Source: the human T2T-CHM13v2.0 reference genome, Homo sapiens. Taken from it: a stretch of DNA of 64,000 bases. Of the stretch, positions 13,232-28,010 are shown in pieces. The stretch's first letter is position 1; each line of letters starts with the position of its first letter. The stretch is from the NCBI RefSeq assembly GCF_009914755.1, contig NC_060926.1; one strand, 5' to 3'. A program made the position numbers and the translations under genes. Under the pieces are notes generated by a model. It worked only from the letters and a program-made list of their open reading frames with translations. It ran no database searches and had not been told where the DNA came from.

Positions 13232-14260
13232 GTTTTTTATTTTTTTGTTTTTAATTTTTATGGGTACATAGTAGGTGTATATATTGATGGGATACATGAG
13301 ATATTTTGATAAAGGTATACAATGTGTAATAATCCTATCAGGGTAAATGGGGTATCCATCGCCTCAGGCATTTATCCTTTCTTTGTGTTATACACATTCC
13401 AATTATACTCTGTTATTTTAAGATGTACAAAAAATTATTGTTGACTGTAGTCACCTCTTGTGCTATTAAATGCTAGATTTATTCAGTTTATATTACTATA
13501 TTTTTGTACTCATTAACCATCCTCACCCCTTACCCCACCCATCCATTACCCTTCCCAGCCTCTGGTAACCATCGTTCTATTCTCTATGTCCATGAGTTCA
13601 GTTGTTTTAATTTTTCGCTCCCATGTATGAGTGAGAATATTTGACATTTGTCTTTCTGTGCCTGGCTTATTTCATGTAACATAATGTCCTCCAGTTCCAT
13701 CCATGTTGTTACAAATGACAGGATCTCATTCTTTTTATGGCTGACTAGTACTCCATTGTACATAGGTATCGCATTTTCTTTATCTGTTTGTCTGTAGATG
13801 GACACTTAGGTTGCTTCCAAATCTTGGCTATTGTGAATATTGCCGCAATAAGCGTGGGAGTGCAGATATTTCTTTGATATACTGATTTCCTTTCTTTTTA
13901 GCATATGCTTAGCAGTGGGATTGCTGGATCACCATAGTGACTGTACTAATGTACACCAACAGTGTATGAGGGTTCCCCTTTCTCCACATTCTCACCAGCA
14001 TTCATTATTGCCTGTCTTTTGGATAAAAGCCATTTTAACTGGGGTTAGAGGATATCTCATTGTAGTTTTGATTTGCATTTCTCTGATGACCAATGATGTG
14101 AAGCTCCTTTTCATATACCTGTTTGCCATTTGTTTGTCTTCTTTTGAGAAATGTCTATTCAGTTTTTGGCCCATTTTTTTTAATGTGATTAATAGATTTT
14201 TTTCCTGTTGAGTTGTTTGAGCTCCTTACATATTCTGATTATTGTATCCCTTGTCAGATG
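13232..14260 (-). mobile_element. L1MA 3' end
   Basis: Minus ORFs [39 protein letters not shown] and KKNEILSFVTTWMELEDIML match the L1 ORF2 C-terminus and 3'UTR; T-rich tail at 13232-13260. Confidence 0.93.
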
Positions 14261-15473
14261 GAGGAGTGTGGATTTTAGAGTCAGACACGGAAGGAAATGT
14301 TTCCCTGAGGAAGTGATGTTAGGGTGAAGAACTAAGGATGATAGACGTGGAGTAAGTAGATTATGAAGGAAGAGGGTTCTCCATTCAAAGATCCCATGGC
14401 AGGAGGGAGAAGGTGCATGTGATGACTATTTGTATAGCCCTGATGAGGGAGGACAGTGGCAATGAGAATAAATAGCCATGGAGAAGTGAGAGAGAAATTT
14501 TGAAGAAAGTACCAGCTGACTGAATATGGGGGACTTAGGAGAGGTGAAGGATAAGATGTTCTTGTGAGGTGTCAGATCAGGATAACAAGGAGGATAGTGC
14601 TACCATGAACTGGGGTCAAGAAGTCAAAAAGAGGGTGATTTGGTGAGAAAGAAATTGTGTTCAGGCTGAGGGATGTTGAATCTCAGGCAGTTGTGATATA
14701 AAGTAGCAGAAATCTGGGTAGACAGTTGGCTTATCTGACCAAGTAAGGGGTAGAGCTATAGCTTTTGGAGTAACAGATGTAAAACTGAGGGTGGAAGCCA
14801 TGAGGAGTTAGGTTTGCAAGGAAGAGAAAGCAGGAGATTCAGAAGGGACTGGACTTTAGCACATGCACGTATTTAAGGGGAAAGAGGAGGAAGGGAAGGC
14901 AAAGAAGGGGATGACGAAAGTGGTCTGGGACAGAAGAATTAGGGCAGAGTTCATCTGGAAAGTCCGAAGATGAAGACATTTCAGGAGGGGGAGGTCCACA
15001 GTGCCATGTATGGCAACCAGGGCAGGAAGAGCTAGTCCTGAAAGAAGGCCTGTGAGGCTTGATGGCTTGGTGAAGGATTTTTCCCAGGGTTCTGCAGACA
15101 GAAAGAGGCAAAAAGAGTAAGTTAGGGTGGAGAGGATGGTGAGGATGTGGAAGGAGGTGATGGAAGTGACTGGATGACTTTGGTAGTGGGAGGAGGAAGC
15201 AAGTGATGAGGTGAAAGAGGAGATGGCAAAGTCATGGGGAGACTGGTCAAGATTTTGACGCATGACTCTCACGGGAAGATTAAGACAATGGAGCTGGAAA
15301 CTGCTGGAGAAGGAGCGAGGCTTTGTTGAGGTCAATTTCTTTACGACTTTGGCATCTTCTTTTGGTTAAAGAGCTCCCTGCTTATTTTTAAGATGGAGAC
15401 CCCAAAGGGTCATGGTTAGGAAAACTTCATAGCTGGAGGGAAATGCACTCAGAAGGGGTTGATTTGTGCTTGC

Positions 15474-15772
15474 TTTTTCTTTTCTTTTCTTTCCCCTCTC
15501 TCTCCTCCCCCTTCCCTTCCCCCACCTTCTCCTTCCCCTCCCTTCCTCTCTGTTCCTGTCTCCTCCCCTCTCTTCCCCCTCCCCTCCCCTCCCTCTCTTC
15601 CCCTTCCCCTCCCCTCCCATCTCCTCTCCTCCCCTCCCCTCCCCTTCCCTTCCCTCTATTCCCCTTCCCCTCCCCTCCCCTCCCCTCCCCTCTCTTCCCC
15701 TTTCCCTTCCCCTTCCCCCTCTTCTCCCCTGCCCTCCCCTCCCCTCTGCTCCCCTCCCCTCCGCTTCCCTTG
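15474..15772. repeat. ~300 bp polypyrimidine tract, (CCCCT/CCCTT)n
   Basis: Almost purely C/T; sits at the tail position of the adjacent minus-strand Alu. Confidence 0.95.
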
Positions 15773-15780
15773 CTTTCAAC

Positions 15781-16232
<452 letters not shown>

Positions 16233-16786
16233 TGAAATGGCATGTTTACATACCCTTCTTTCTTAGCAAGGCCTCATGTTCTCCAGGGCAGGGACTGCAC
16301 CTTATTGTTCTTAGATTGCCAGAATCCAGCACCAGACCTGGTGTGCCAGGGCCTCTCAGAGGTCAGGAGAGGTCAGGACCTCTTCCATTTTCGAGGACTC
16401 TGACATTGGTTGAAAACGGACCCAAGGACAAAACAAGGTTATAACAATCACAATATAATTCAAATGATAACTGGAATAAGTTAACAGTCTTACTTCACTT
16501 TCACAAAAATGAAACATATTTGTGCTATTCGTAATTACAGGTTTATGGAAAAAAACTTATTTGCAGTGAAGAGTCTTCTTTCACTTCTGCTGATCTGTGT
16601 GGCTGTGCAAAATCACACCAGGAGATGATGTTGGCACATACGTCTGAGGCTGGTAGTGCTGTGACGTGGAGGCCAGCAGCCCTCTCGCTGCAGCAGCCTT
16701 TCCAATCATCCCTCGCAACCCTGCCGGGCCCCCAGCTGAACAGGGTGGCATACAAAGGGTGCTCAATATGTGTGCTGCTTCCTTGA

Positions 16787-17206
<420 letters not shown>

Positions 17207-17402
17207 TAACTTAAATTGCAGTGCTTCCCATTCGCCTGTACTCTCTAACTCCATTCTCAGCTTTATTTTTCTCCATTGCACTTATGGCCACCCGCATTTG
17301 ACATGCTTTGTTCATTTAATTGTTTCTTGTGTGTTATCCCCTTCTAGAATGTGAACTCCATGAAGACATGGAGTTTTGATACTAGAATGAAGGCACTTGG
17401 CT

Positions 17403-17822
17403 CATAGTTTCCTAGGGCTACTGTAACCAAGTATCACAAGTTAAACAACAGAAGTGTGTTGTCTCCCAGTTCTGGTGGCTAGAAGTCTGAAAATAAGGGG
17501 TTGACAGGTTTGGTTCCTTCTCAGGGCTGAGAGGGAGAATCTATCCTAGGCTTCTCTCCTAACCCCGAGTAGCCTCAGACATACCTTGGCTTATATTTGG
17601 CGTTCTTCCTGTGTCTTCACATCATCTGCCCTCTGCATGTCTCTGTGTCCAGATTTTCCCTGTTTTATAAGGAGGTCAGTCATATTGGATTAGGGCCCAC
17701 ACTAATGACTTCATTTTAACTTGGTCACCTGCAAAGACCCTATTTCCAAATAAAGTCACATTCACAGGTCCTGGGGGTTAGGATCTCAATATGTTTTTGG
17801 GGGACACAATGTAACCCATAAT
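17403..17822 (-). mobile_element. MLT1A-C type LTR
   Basis: tagtttcctagggctactgtaac...cagttctggtggctagaagtc...gcaaagaccctatttccaaataaagtcacattc...gggggacacaat. Confidence 0.88.
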
Positions 17823-18477
17823 AGTACTCAATAAATATTTGTTGAATAAACAATAAGGTCACTTCCTTAGGAAGAAAATAGGCCATTTGAAGGTAGACAT
17901 CATCTTGATATACCATTGTTGAACATGGGACAGCATCTGCAGAGGACAGAGAAGGGACCAAGGGAGAGAGGTGGCTCCCTGGAGCTGGTGTGGCTGAGAC
18001 TGCAGAAGGGAATCAAGGTAGGGACTCTCTGCAGCCAGGTTGCAGTGCAGGTGCCCTCACTCAGCAAAGCAGAGACCAGGGCAGGGCTCGGAGGAACCTG
18101 GAGGGGCCAGGGCAGCGACAGAGTGCTCTGCAAGGAAGTCCAAAGCCAGAGACAAAGGCTGGGGAGCCACATACAGACAGAGATCAAGAAAGCAGGTTCT
18201 AGCAGAGTCTGGAACCTCCACCAGCCTTGGTGGAGCAGAGAGGGCCCACTTTTCTCTTGGGCTAGAAAGATGAGCAGCTTGGTTTAATGTCCCACCTGGT
18301 TCGCAGGTGAGAATGAGAACTGAGAGCCCTGTGTGTGATCTTGGGCTACAGGGTGGTAGAATTCTGGGCCATGTGACCTACTGCTTCTAGGCATTAGCAT
18401 GTTACTTTCTCTTCCCTTGGCTTCTTTTTTCTTTTGATTGAAGTTACTTTAGAGCATTCCAACTTCTTCTTGGTTGA

Positions 18478-18787
<310 letters not shown>

Positions 18788-19611
18788 AAATTCCTTTTCT
18801 AAGGAGAAGAGGAATTGCCGATGATGGTGCCAGCTGGGGAAGAGAGGGTGAAGGCTTCACGTGGCAAGACAGCAGCCAGCCCAGCATGAGAGGCAAAGGA
18901 ACTGGGAGCAGATATTCATAAACTCAGGAGGGGGCAGAACTGCTGGCCTGACCACTGAGCCTTTCCTAGTTGAGTCTTTAATTCACAGAATATACAGGCA
19001 GAAAAAAATAGCTCATCCTTGGCCTCCTACTGATGTAATGTCACTGGATCAACAAAGTGGTTACACACAGGCAGTCACACAGGCACAGACTCAGAGTGTG
19101 CAGGGCAATGGAACTTTAATTCAGGATATGGAGCAAGTACAGATCACCTCCCAGCAGCGTCTAGACCCTGGGGAATACAGAGGTAAGCCTGCAACTCAGG
19201 AGAGGAGCCAGGCATATCAACTAAAGTTTGGTGCAACGGGGCAAGTGTCGAATGAGATACTGAGGTTGCCTGTATTCATTTTCCAGGATTGCTCTAACAA
19301 AAAACCAAAATCTGAGTGGCTTCAAACAGCAGAAATTGATTGATGTTCTGGAGGCCAGTCAAAAAGGTGTCAGCAGGGCCATACTCTCTCTGAGGGGCCT
19401 CAGGGAGAATCTTTCCTTGCTCTTCTAAGCCTCTGTGTTTTCCGGCATCCGTGGTGTTCACTGGCTTGTGGCTGCATCACTCCAGTCACATGGCCATCTT
19501 CTTTCTGTGTGTTTTCACGTGGTCTTCCCTCTGTGCGTATCTGTCCCTGTAACCATGTATCCCCATTTTATAAATACTCTGTTCATATTGGACTAAGACC
19601 CACCTTAATGA

Positions 19612-20129
<518 letters not shown>

Positions 20130-20132
20130 CAC

Positions 20133-20586
20133 TTTTTTTTTTTTTTAAAGTTTATAACTTTATTTGATGTATTTGATGATCAGCAGTTAGTTCTCATCCA
20201 CATTGACTGTAGATTTTTGAAAGTGGTAACAGGTACATAGGTAACCAAAGTATAGAGCTTATTTGGTGAATCTTTATCCTCATTATGTTTTCTGGACAAC
20301 CACACACAGATACAGTATGGATATTCCTTATTCCTTTGGCTCGGACAGCTTTGTTAAGACTGGCATCAGTGTGCATATCTGGAATTGCCATCTCCTTCGT
20401 GGCAAATTTCTGGATCTCTCTGAGTGCCTGAGAGACACGCTTCTTGAAGCCCCTCCATGGATGCACTTGTGAATGTCGATGATGTATTCTTCAGTCACCA
20501 CCTCATTGATGGCAGAACGGCCCTTTTTCTTCTTGTCACCCATCTTTGCAGCGCCATTCTGCTGGGCCCAAGTTGGAAAGGAAGAG
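20133..20586 (-). pseudogene. RPL31P: Processed pseudogene of ribosomal protein L31 (eL31), near full-length mRNA copy with frameshifts
   Basis: Minus-strand ORF pieces read [26 protein letters not shown] and [21 protein letters not shown]...[12 protein letters not shown], matching RPL31. Intronless; 5' TOP-like CTCTTCCTTTCC at ~20575-20586; AATAAA (tttatt ~20160-20165) and poly(A) (T-run 20133-20146). Possibly RPL31P14 (recall, unverified). Confidence 0.96.
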
Positions 20587-20849
20587 CACCAATCTTATTT
20601 TCAAATAAGGCCACATTCTGATTATTGGGGATTAGGATCTCAACATATCTTTTTGGGGGGGACACAAGTCAACCCATAACATCGCCCAGTGAGGGAGTGA
20701 CTACTCAAGGTGTTTGTATATAATGGGCAGAATGTTGGGGAAGGCTTACCAGGAAAATGAAGTGGAACAAGAGGCATTCCAGGCAGGCAGACCAGTGCAG
20801 ACAAGAAGACATGAAGACGAAGATTCAGGACAAAAAGAAACTGACACCT

Positions 20850-21060
20850 CTTGGGATCCTACTGTGTTGCTGGCACCATGTTAGATATCACATAAAAACC
20901 AGCATTGAACCCTCCCCACCTTGCCATTACTCCCCCATTTCACAGGTGAAAGCCGATATGTGGAGATAGGAAGTGACCGGGCAAAGGTCAGATCACAATG
21001 TGGCACCATAGTGGAGACAAGAAGCCATACCCAGTGCCCTATGTCCAGTGCCTTCTCCAA
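20850..21060 (-). mobile_element. MIR
   Basis: Core ctcccccatttcacaggtgaaa. Confidence 0.6.
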
Positions 21061-21837
21061 AAATATGGCATAAAGCTGAAGAGACTTAGGTGGAAGGAAG
21101 AGTGTTTGGGGGTAGGGCTTTCTCTTAGGGGTCCCGGATATCATTCCATGTAGATGGGTGCCTACTCCGTCATGGAATGCTCCTGGTCAGGCATCGGAGA
21201 AAGGCCTTGGGCTGACCTCTGAGTCCTCCGCGACACCTGCTGACCTGCTGGAGGTTTACGGATCCAAGCAACAGCCACGGTGACCAGGCTGAGTGATTAC
21301 ACCACATCGGAGAACTTGGCTTACTCTGTGTCTGTGGGAACAACGGTCAGCTCTGCTCCTAATGAGAACAGTAGCTGTCAATTTCCTGAGTGTCCACGGC
21401 CTTAAGGAAAACATGAAGCAGCCAGGAGGTTCTGACTCCCCTGCTTCTGTGCCTTTGCCCAGGTGTTCATCCCCATCAAGCCCTAATAAACACTTGGTGA
21501 AATGGACAATCTAAGCTCCCCAAAGATGCAGTGGGAAAAGCTCTGCCTTTGGAGGTGGAATACTGTATTTGAACTTGGGTCTTTCCATTTACTGTTTGAT
21601 CTTGGCTGCGTCTGTTTCAACTCTCAGTTTCCTCATCTAGACATTGGCATAATAATATCTAACTCACAGGCTTGCAGTGGGTATTGAATAACAGCACAGA
21701 TGCATTTTGTTAACATTAAAGTGCTGTGTGTATGCAAGTTATTAATCACAGTTGATACATTTAGGACTCTGCATAGAGCTAAATCAGACAATCTCTCCCT
21801 GTAATTCTTTCTCTCCCAAATAGAACCCCCTAAAATA

Positions 21838-22163
21838 AGGGTCTTCAAACTGTAGCTTATGGGCCAAATCCATCTTGCTGCTCATTTCTGTACAGGCTAT
21901 GCACTAAGAATCACTTTTACATTTTTAAATGGTTGAAAAAATCAAAAGAATAATATTTTGTGACATGAGAATTATATAAAATTCAAATTCCTGTGTCCAT
22001 AAATAAAGCTTCATCAGAATGTAGCCATGTTCATTTATTTATGCCTACGGCTGCTTGCAGATGACAACAGCAGAGCTGAATAGCTGCAACAGAGACCAGA
22101 CAGCCCGCAAAGGACAAAATATTTACCATCTGGTCTTTTACATAAAATGGTGCCTGACTCCTG
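21838..22163. mobile_element. MER58B-like hAT-Charlie MITE
   Basis: gggtcttcaaactgtagc..gggccaaatcc...ttttacatttttaaatggttgaaaaaatcaaaagaa...gactcctg. Confidence 0.8.
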
Positions 22164-23176
22164 ATCTAGAATAACAAAACCAGGCGAATAAAAATGCTGA
22201 GCTAAACCTGGATCTTTAAGCATTCAAACTGGCTATGTCCACAGTCCTCAAATCTTTGGGTCTTTGAGGAGTTCATACAGACCTGTCTTCCAGGAGTGTT
22301 AGAGCATTGGCCTCGGTTGCTCATGGCTTAGGCAAGGATGACAGAGCCCCCAGCAGAGTCCTTGGCTGGCAGCCTGCGGCCTCTCTCACTAGATCTGAGG
22401 GACCCAGGAAGGCCTGTCCCCTTAGCAGAGCTGCAGCTGTCTAAGTCCAGAGCCACAAAAATCCCACCCTGCCTGCCGCCGTTTAGCCATTGAAGTTGCC
22501 TGCACATCAGCTGGCAGAGTGCTTTGCCTAGTGACAGGTCTTCCATTTAGATGTAATCACCTTTTTATATCCACGGAGCTTTTTTGAATGCCTCTCTCCA
22601 CCCAGCGCTTTCCCTGATGATTGAAAAGAGCTCAACCATCAAATGGCATTATCTCCTCTGAATGGCCTCAGTTTATCACCTGGACAAGCCCAGAAACTTC
22701 AACCCTGAGCTTCTCTTTGTTGTAACAACAGGTGCTCAGGAAGGGGGTGGGGTGAGCAAGGGGGAGGATGCGTCTAAGAGGAGGAAGGCTGGGAAATGCT
22801 CTTTGGGGGAGATCTTTAGAAACTGAATCAGCTTTGCTACTCTGGAACAGGCTGCAACAGAATTTGTGCAGGACTCAAGGGTAGCAGGTGATGCAGTGAT
22901 CTTTCAAGCTTCTGAAAAAAATGTCCTATGACTGACCTAAGTCATAGGTCATACCTTAAAAAGAAAAAGGGTACCAAAGAGTTCCCCTAAAAAGCTCTAA
23001 GGGAAAAAAATTTCAAAAGTTACTTTTCCATATTTTTTAGTTGTGTAAAAAATATTCTTATGGCTTGAGCCAGTTTAGTGACTACATTTTCTACTTAGTC
23101 CTCTCTGACAAGGGTCTAAGAAGGTTCCATTATTCCCAAGTGACAATTTTTTAAAGATGCATTAAAATGTTTAGTC

Positions 23177-23489
23177 AGCCAGGTGCAGTGGGTCACACTT
23201 GTAATTCCAGCATTTTGGGGGGCTGAGGCGGGAGGATCACTTGAGCCCAGAAGCTTAAGACCAGCCTGGGCAGCAGAGGGAGGGTCCCGTCTCCACAGTA
23301 AAAAAAAAAAAGAAAAAAAATTAGCCAGGTATGGTGGTATGTGCCTGTAGTCCCAGCTACTTGGGAGGTTGAGGTGGGAGGATCCCTTGGGCCTAGGAGT
23401 TCAAGGCTATAGTGAGCTGTGATTACACCATTACACTCTAGCCTGGGTGATAGAGTAAGACTCTGTCTCAAAAAAAAAAAAAAAAAAAA
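23177..23489 (+). mobile_element. AluJ
   Basis: Dimeric Alu with poly-A tail. Confidence 0.93.
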
Positions 23490-23559
23490 GTTTAATCCAA
23501 CTATAAAAGTCGGTACTGGGGAGTCTGGAACTAAAGTTCAGAGGAAGCAGTATTATAGA

Positions 23560-23783
23560 GTGGGAATTGGGAACTTTATCTGGAAAGAGCTAGATAGTAA
23601 ATCTTACAGGCTTTGCCAGCCATGTGGTCTTGGCTGCAACTATTCAACTCTGCTGCGGTAGCACAGAAGCAGCTATAGATAATATGTAAATGAATGACCC
23701 GGGCTGTGATCCAAGAAAACTTTATTTACAAAAACAGGTGGTGGGCTAGATTTGGCCCGCGGGCCAGGTTTTGCCAACCCCTG
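23560..23783. mobile_element. MER58A hAT-Charlie MITE
   Basis: gatagtaaat..aggctttgc...ctattcaactctgc...aaaactttatttacaaaaacagg...tttgccaacccctg. Confidence 0.85.
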
Positions 23784-25391
23784 GTGTGTAGAGCTTTAGC
23801 CTGCTTAGCACTCTCTGCTTTTCCCTACCAGATGGTAAAGCACAGAGAATGTGCCAGTTTATGGCAAGAAGTTCCCTAATGGGCCTAAGCTGAAGTTGTA
23901 AGTGAAACCGAGCAGAAGAGGGACAGAATCTTCAGTGTGGAGGTGATATGGTGGTTGGCAGTAGAAAGAAGATTGTGGGCCAGGCATAGGGTCTCTTTAA
24001 CAGCAGAGTATCTGAATATGGATGCTAAGGTGGCGGAGGAGGTAGGAGCAAGACATCTGGTTCTTTGTGTTGCCTAGGGCTCTAAGCAACCTCAGGCTCC
24101 ACCTCTACTATGATTCCTGCTCTTTTTAGTCATCCCTGGAATCTTCTGGGATTTATGTCTCCTTTATGCCATCTACATTCTTGTAAACTCCCAATCTTGG
24201 CTCTCTTGCCAAACCCATTAGAGCTCACCGTTAGTAATCCTGCCTCAACAGTACCTTTCCTTGGCATTCAGGATAAATTAACCCTCCTCTATGCTTTCCT
24301 GGTGCTGCTATACACCTCCATCAGGTATAAATTGCATAATATCGCGTTATATTTATGGCTTCCTCACTGCAAAGTTTTCATGTATATGTTTTCCTCATCT
24401 TTACATTTTCAGCGGCTAGCTGGGGAAAAATGCGAAGAAAGAAAGAGGGAGAGAGATAGATAAAGAAGAGAAAGAAAAAAAAAGCAAAAAAAAAAAAAAG
24501 AAAGAAAAAGAAAAGAAAAAAATAGATGCAAGTTTGAGTTAATTCAAAATTGCCCAATCTGGTGCTATTTTGAGTGCTTTCTAATTGCTTTATTTATCAT
24601 GTCTTCTCTCCCAGTGACTTATACTGTTTTTGAGGGAGAAAGGCAGAGTTGTAGTAGCCAGGATTATACTAGTCACAAATGGCAGAATTTCCATATCCAG
24701 CCTAGGCTAGAAGGGGGATTTGTTGGTTCCTGTAACTGAACCAAGGGAGGGCAGAGTGCAGCTGGCCTCAGGGTCAACAGGGAACAGGGAAAAGACAAGC
24801 GGATAGGACTCACTGTCCTCCATCTTGGTTTCTGCCCACGTACTAGTTCTGTTCACTCAGACTGATTCTCTTTTGGAATCAAGGGTGCCAGCAATGGCCA
24901 GGTTTCACGACCTGCCATTTTTACCGTGAAGAGGAGCTGCCTTACCTCCTGCCCCCCGCCTCCCGCCTCCCACCTCCCGAGGTCTAACTTAAAAACTCTT
25001 AGGGAAACATTGGCTTTCCGTGGGTCCTGTGCTCCACCTGAGATCAGGGAGGTATATTTTCACAACTGGAAGCTTCTAGTAGAATAAAACTGGCATGGGG
25101 TGGAAGGAAGACATCCCAGAGGAAGGGGGATGCATTTCTTAGAAGCAGAAGAACATGTGACAGGCAGACAGAGTAAGAGACATGCATTCAGTGTCTTCCT
25201 TTCTTGAATAGCCCTTTCTCAGTGGTTAGCCCTAAGCTGGGCAGAAACACACATGAACGACGAGAGCCATTTTCCTTTTAAAGTGCTGCCTCTCATCCCT
25301 TATGCAAATTTATCTCCAGTTTGGGGCTGCCGATAATTTTTTCCAGGGTAGATACATCCCCTTACCCTGATGGATTAAGAACCCACCTTTT

Positions 25392-25725
<334 letters not shown>

Positions 25726-27931
25726 TTAACAGACTTTATAGTCTAGAAGTCCCACCATCAACGTTGATCTTCCTTTCTACAGCCTGTAAGCACTGAAAAA
25801 AAGAGGCCCAACCATCTATTATCCATTCCACACTCATTTGTCCAGCATTTACAAAAAATTAGTAAACTGTTTTTTGGAGCAATTTTAGGTTCACAGCAAA
25901 ATTGAGTGGAAAGTACAGAGATCCCGTCCAGCACATATTTTTCACAAACTATTGTGCAACCAGCTTTTATTGACATTTTTTTTGTTTTACTCAAAAACTC
26001 TGTGAAGTAGGGATGCATTTTTATCTGCACATTTCAGATAGGGAAACTGAGGCCTAGAAAGGTAAAGGGGCTTGCCCAAGACCTCACAGCTTTTGAGGAG
26101 CCAATCTGGGGGTGTTACTGTGCATTTTCCTGGGCACTTTCAAAGAGCAGAAGTTTCCAAAGCAGGAAGGGCTGGCTCTTCAATGGTAGAATTCTCCTTT
26201 CATAGTAGATATTGAGAGAAATAGTGTAACTATTGACAGGTTTTGAAAACCCTGAACTCAGCAAACAGACCACGTTCAGTCTGCCCATGTCTATTCAAGT
26301 CATCAACTTTGGGTCCCCACTGTGCCCCTGTAAGGGAGTCTAGCAACTTCTAATAAGGGATGGGCATTTTCTGTGTGGCTCCTTTCCCACCATTGATGCT
26401 GACATTCTGGCCCCTGAATACCCATTTCATTGGTACCAAATGGAAAAGCCCCTGGAGGGGAGGATGCCTGGGATGAGGGGGAGGGTAGCTGATGGGGCTC
26501 TCGAGATAGCCCTGGTTCGTCTCTCCCAAGACTAGTTCTCATGCCAAAGGATTCTTGTGTCTCAACCCATGAGATCTGTGGGGCTACAATTCCAGTTTCT
26601 TCTTTCTTTGGCTTCAGTACTTTCCAGCTCCAGTCTCTTGAGGTTAGGGTGTATGTGACGGGGAGAGGAGACTGGGGCAAGGGGTGGGGAGTTGAGTGGA
26701 GTGGGTGGTTGGTAATATTTTCCAGTTCTTTCTAAAGTGTCTGCCTTCCCTTAATGGATACGGAAGTGAGCCAGCCAGCTGACTGCCCTGACTGCAAGAT
26801 TGGTTACTGCTTACATCATCTGAGCAGCCAGACTGGGGACAGGGGTGGTGGGGAGGTGGAGGAGAAGCTGAGCAGGGATTAATCCAGCCCTGAATGAATT
26901 AATAGACAAAGGCATTGGAGATCAGGTAACCTTTTTCCCAAGCTCATGCCCTGGGGATGTGGAGAAGAGCCAGACAGTTCCATTAGTGCATGCATGGCGT
27001 GCTCTGTGGGTGCTCCGCCCTTTATCAACATTTCAGTTCCATTCCATTGCACCCTATGCCTCTCCAGTCTGTGAGCTTTGGTTGAGAATCAGGAATGTCC
27101 CAAGAATATATTAGTGGAGGAGTGATATAGAGAGATCTAAGATTAACAGCCCTCTTGGCATTCCCTTTTAGAGGGGGCCAGCAACCTGCATCAGTTAGCT
27201 TTTGCATGATGAGCTACCCCTAGCGTTAGCGATGTCTGACAACATTCCTTCATCACTGCTGCGGAGTCTGCAAACCAGCAGGGCAGGCCTGCTGAATCAG
27301 ATTGGGCTCTGTGGCTCTTGGCTGCACTTGCTTAAGTGTTTGTAGGCTGGCTGATGGGCCAGGCTGGTCAGTGATAGCCTGGATGACTGGAGCCTTTCTC
27401 TGCATACTCTCTCATCCTCTCCCAGGCAGACTTGAGCTTGCTCAGGTGGCAGAGGCAGGGTTCCAAGGAGGCAAGGGGCAGCCTGCAAAGCCTCTAGAAG
27501 ACAGGCTTAGAATACATGTAACATGTTCTGTTGGCCACAGCAAGTTACAGGGCCAAAGCCGGCAGTGGGGAAGAGCTCCAGCTCTTGATGAGAGTAGGGG
27601 AAAAGAAATGCAGACATTTCTGCACTCTGCTTTAGACACACGCACCCTCACTATGCACAGAAGACTGATAGTCCTCTTTGATTTCTCTTATCACACATGC
27701 TTATGGCAGGATGGAGGAAGAGTAGTTAAGTCTGACAGGGGTGAGTGGGATGGGACAGAATTTGAGGAAAACTTCACAGAGCAGGCAGCCTTAAAGGACA
27801 AATAGTATTTCAACAGAAGCAGAAACACACACCTCTTTCTCTTCCTTTTCTATTATTTTCCTCTTGCCAAAAACCCACATTGGACCCAGCTACCACTTAA
27901 TCTAGAGATTCCATCAGCGATGCTGTGGTGG

Positions 27932-28010
27932 CTCCCATCCAAGTATAAACCAGGTCAGGCCCTGCTTAGCTTCTGAGATTGGGTGCATTCAGGGTGATAT
28001 GGCCGTAGAC
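27932..28010 (-). pseudogene. RNA5SP: 5S rRNA pseudogene, 3'-truncated, with an internal 10-nt deletion
   Basis: Reverse complement GTCTACGGCCATATCACCCTGAATGCACCCAATCTC-AGAAGCTAAGCAGGGCCTGACCTGGTTTATACTTGGATGGGAG aligns to 5S nt 1 to ~89. Possibly RNA5SP120 (recall, unverified). Confidence 0.93.

Larger units (their letters stand above)
12890..15310 (-). mobile_element. L2 relic (3' end plus ORF2 RT remnant), interrupted by the LTR fragment and an L1MA
   Basis: L2 3' motif attcaa..aatatgtattgagcatctg; the minus ORF 14856-15335 contains AIHGTVDLPLL and SSSFPLN, resembling AAFDTVDHxLL and the stretch before GVPQGS in L2 RT. Confidence 0.65.

Noticed and set aside
20194-20543. Functional RPL31 retrogene
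   Set aside because: Homology is split across frames by indels, with many substitutions at conserved residues.
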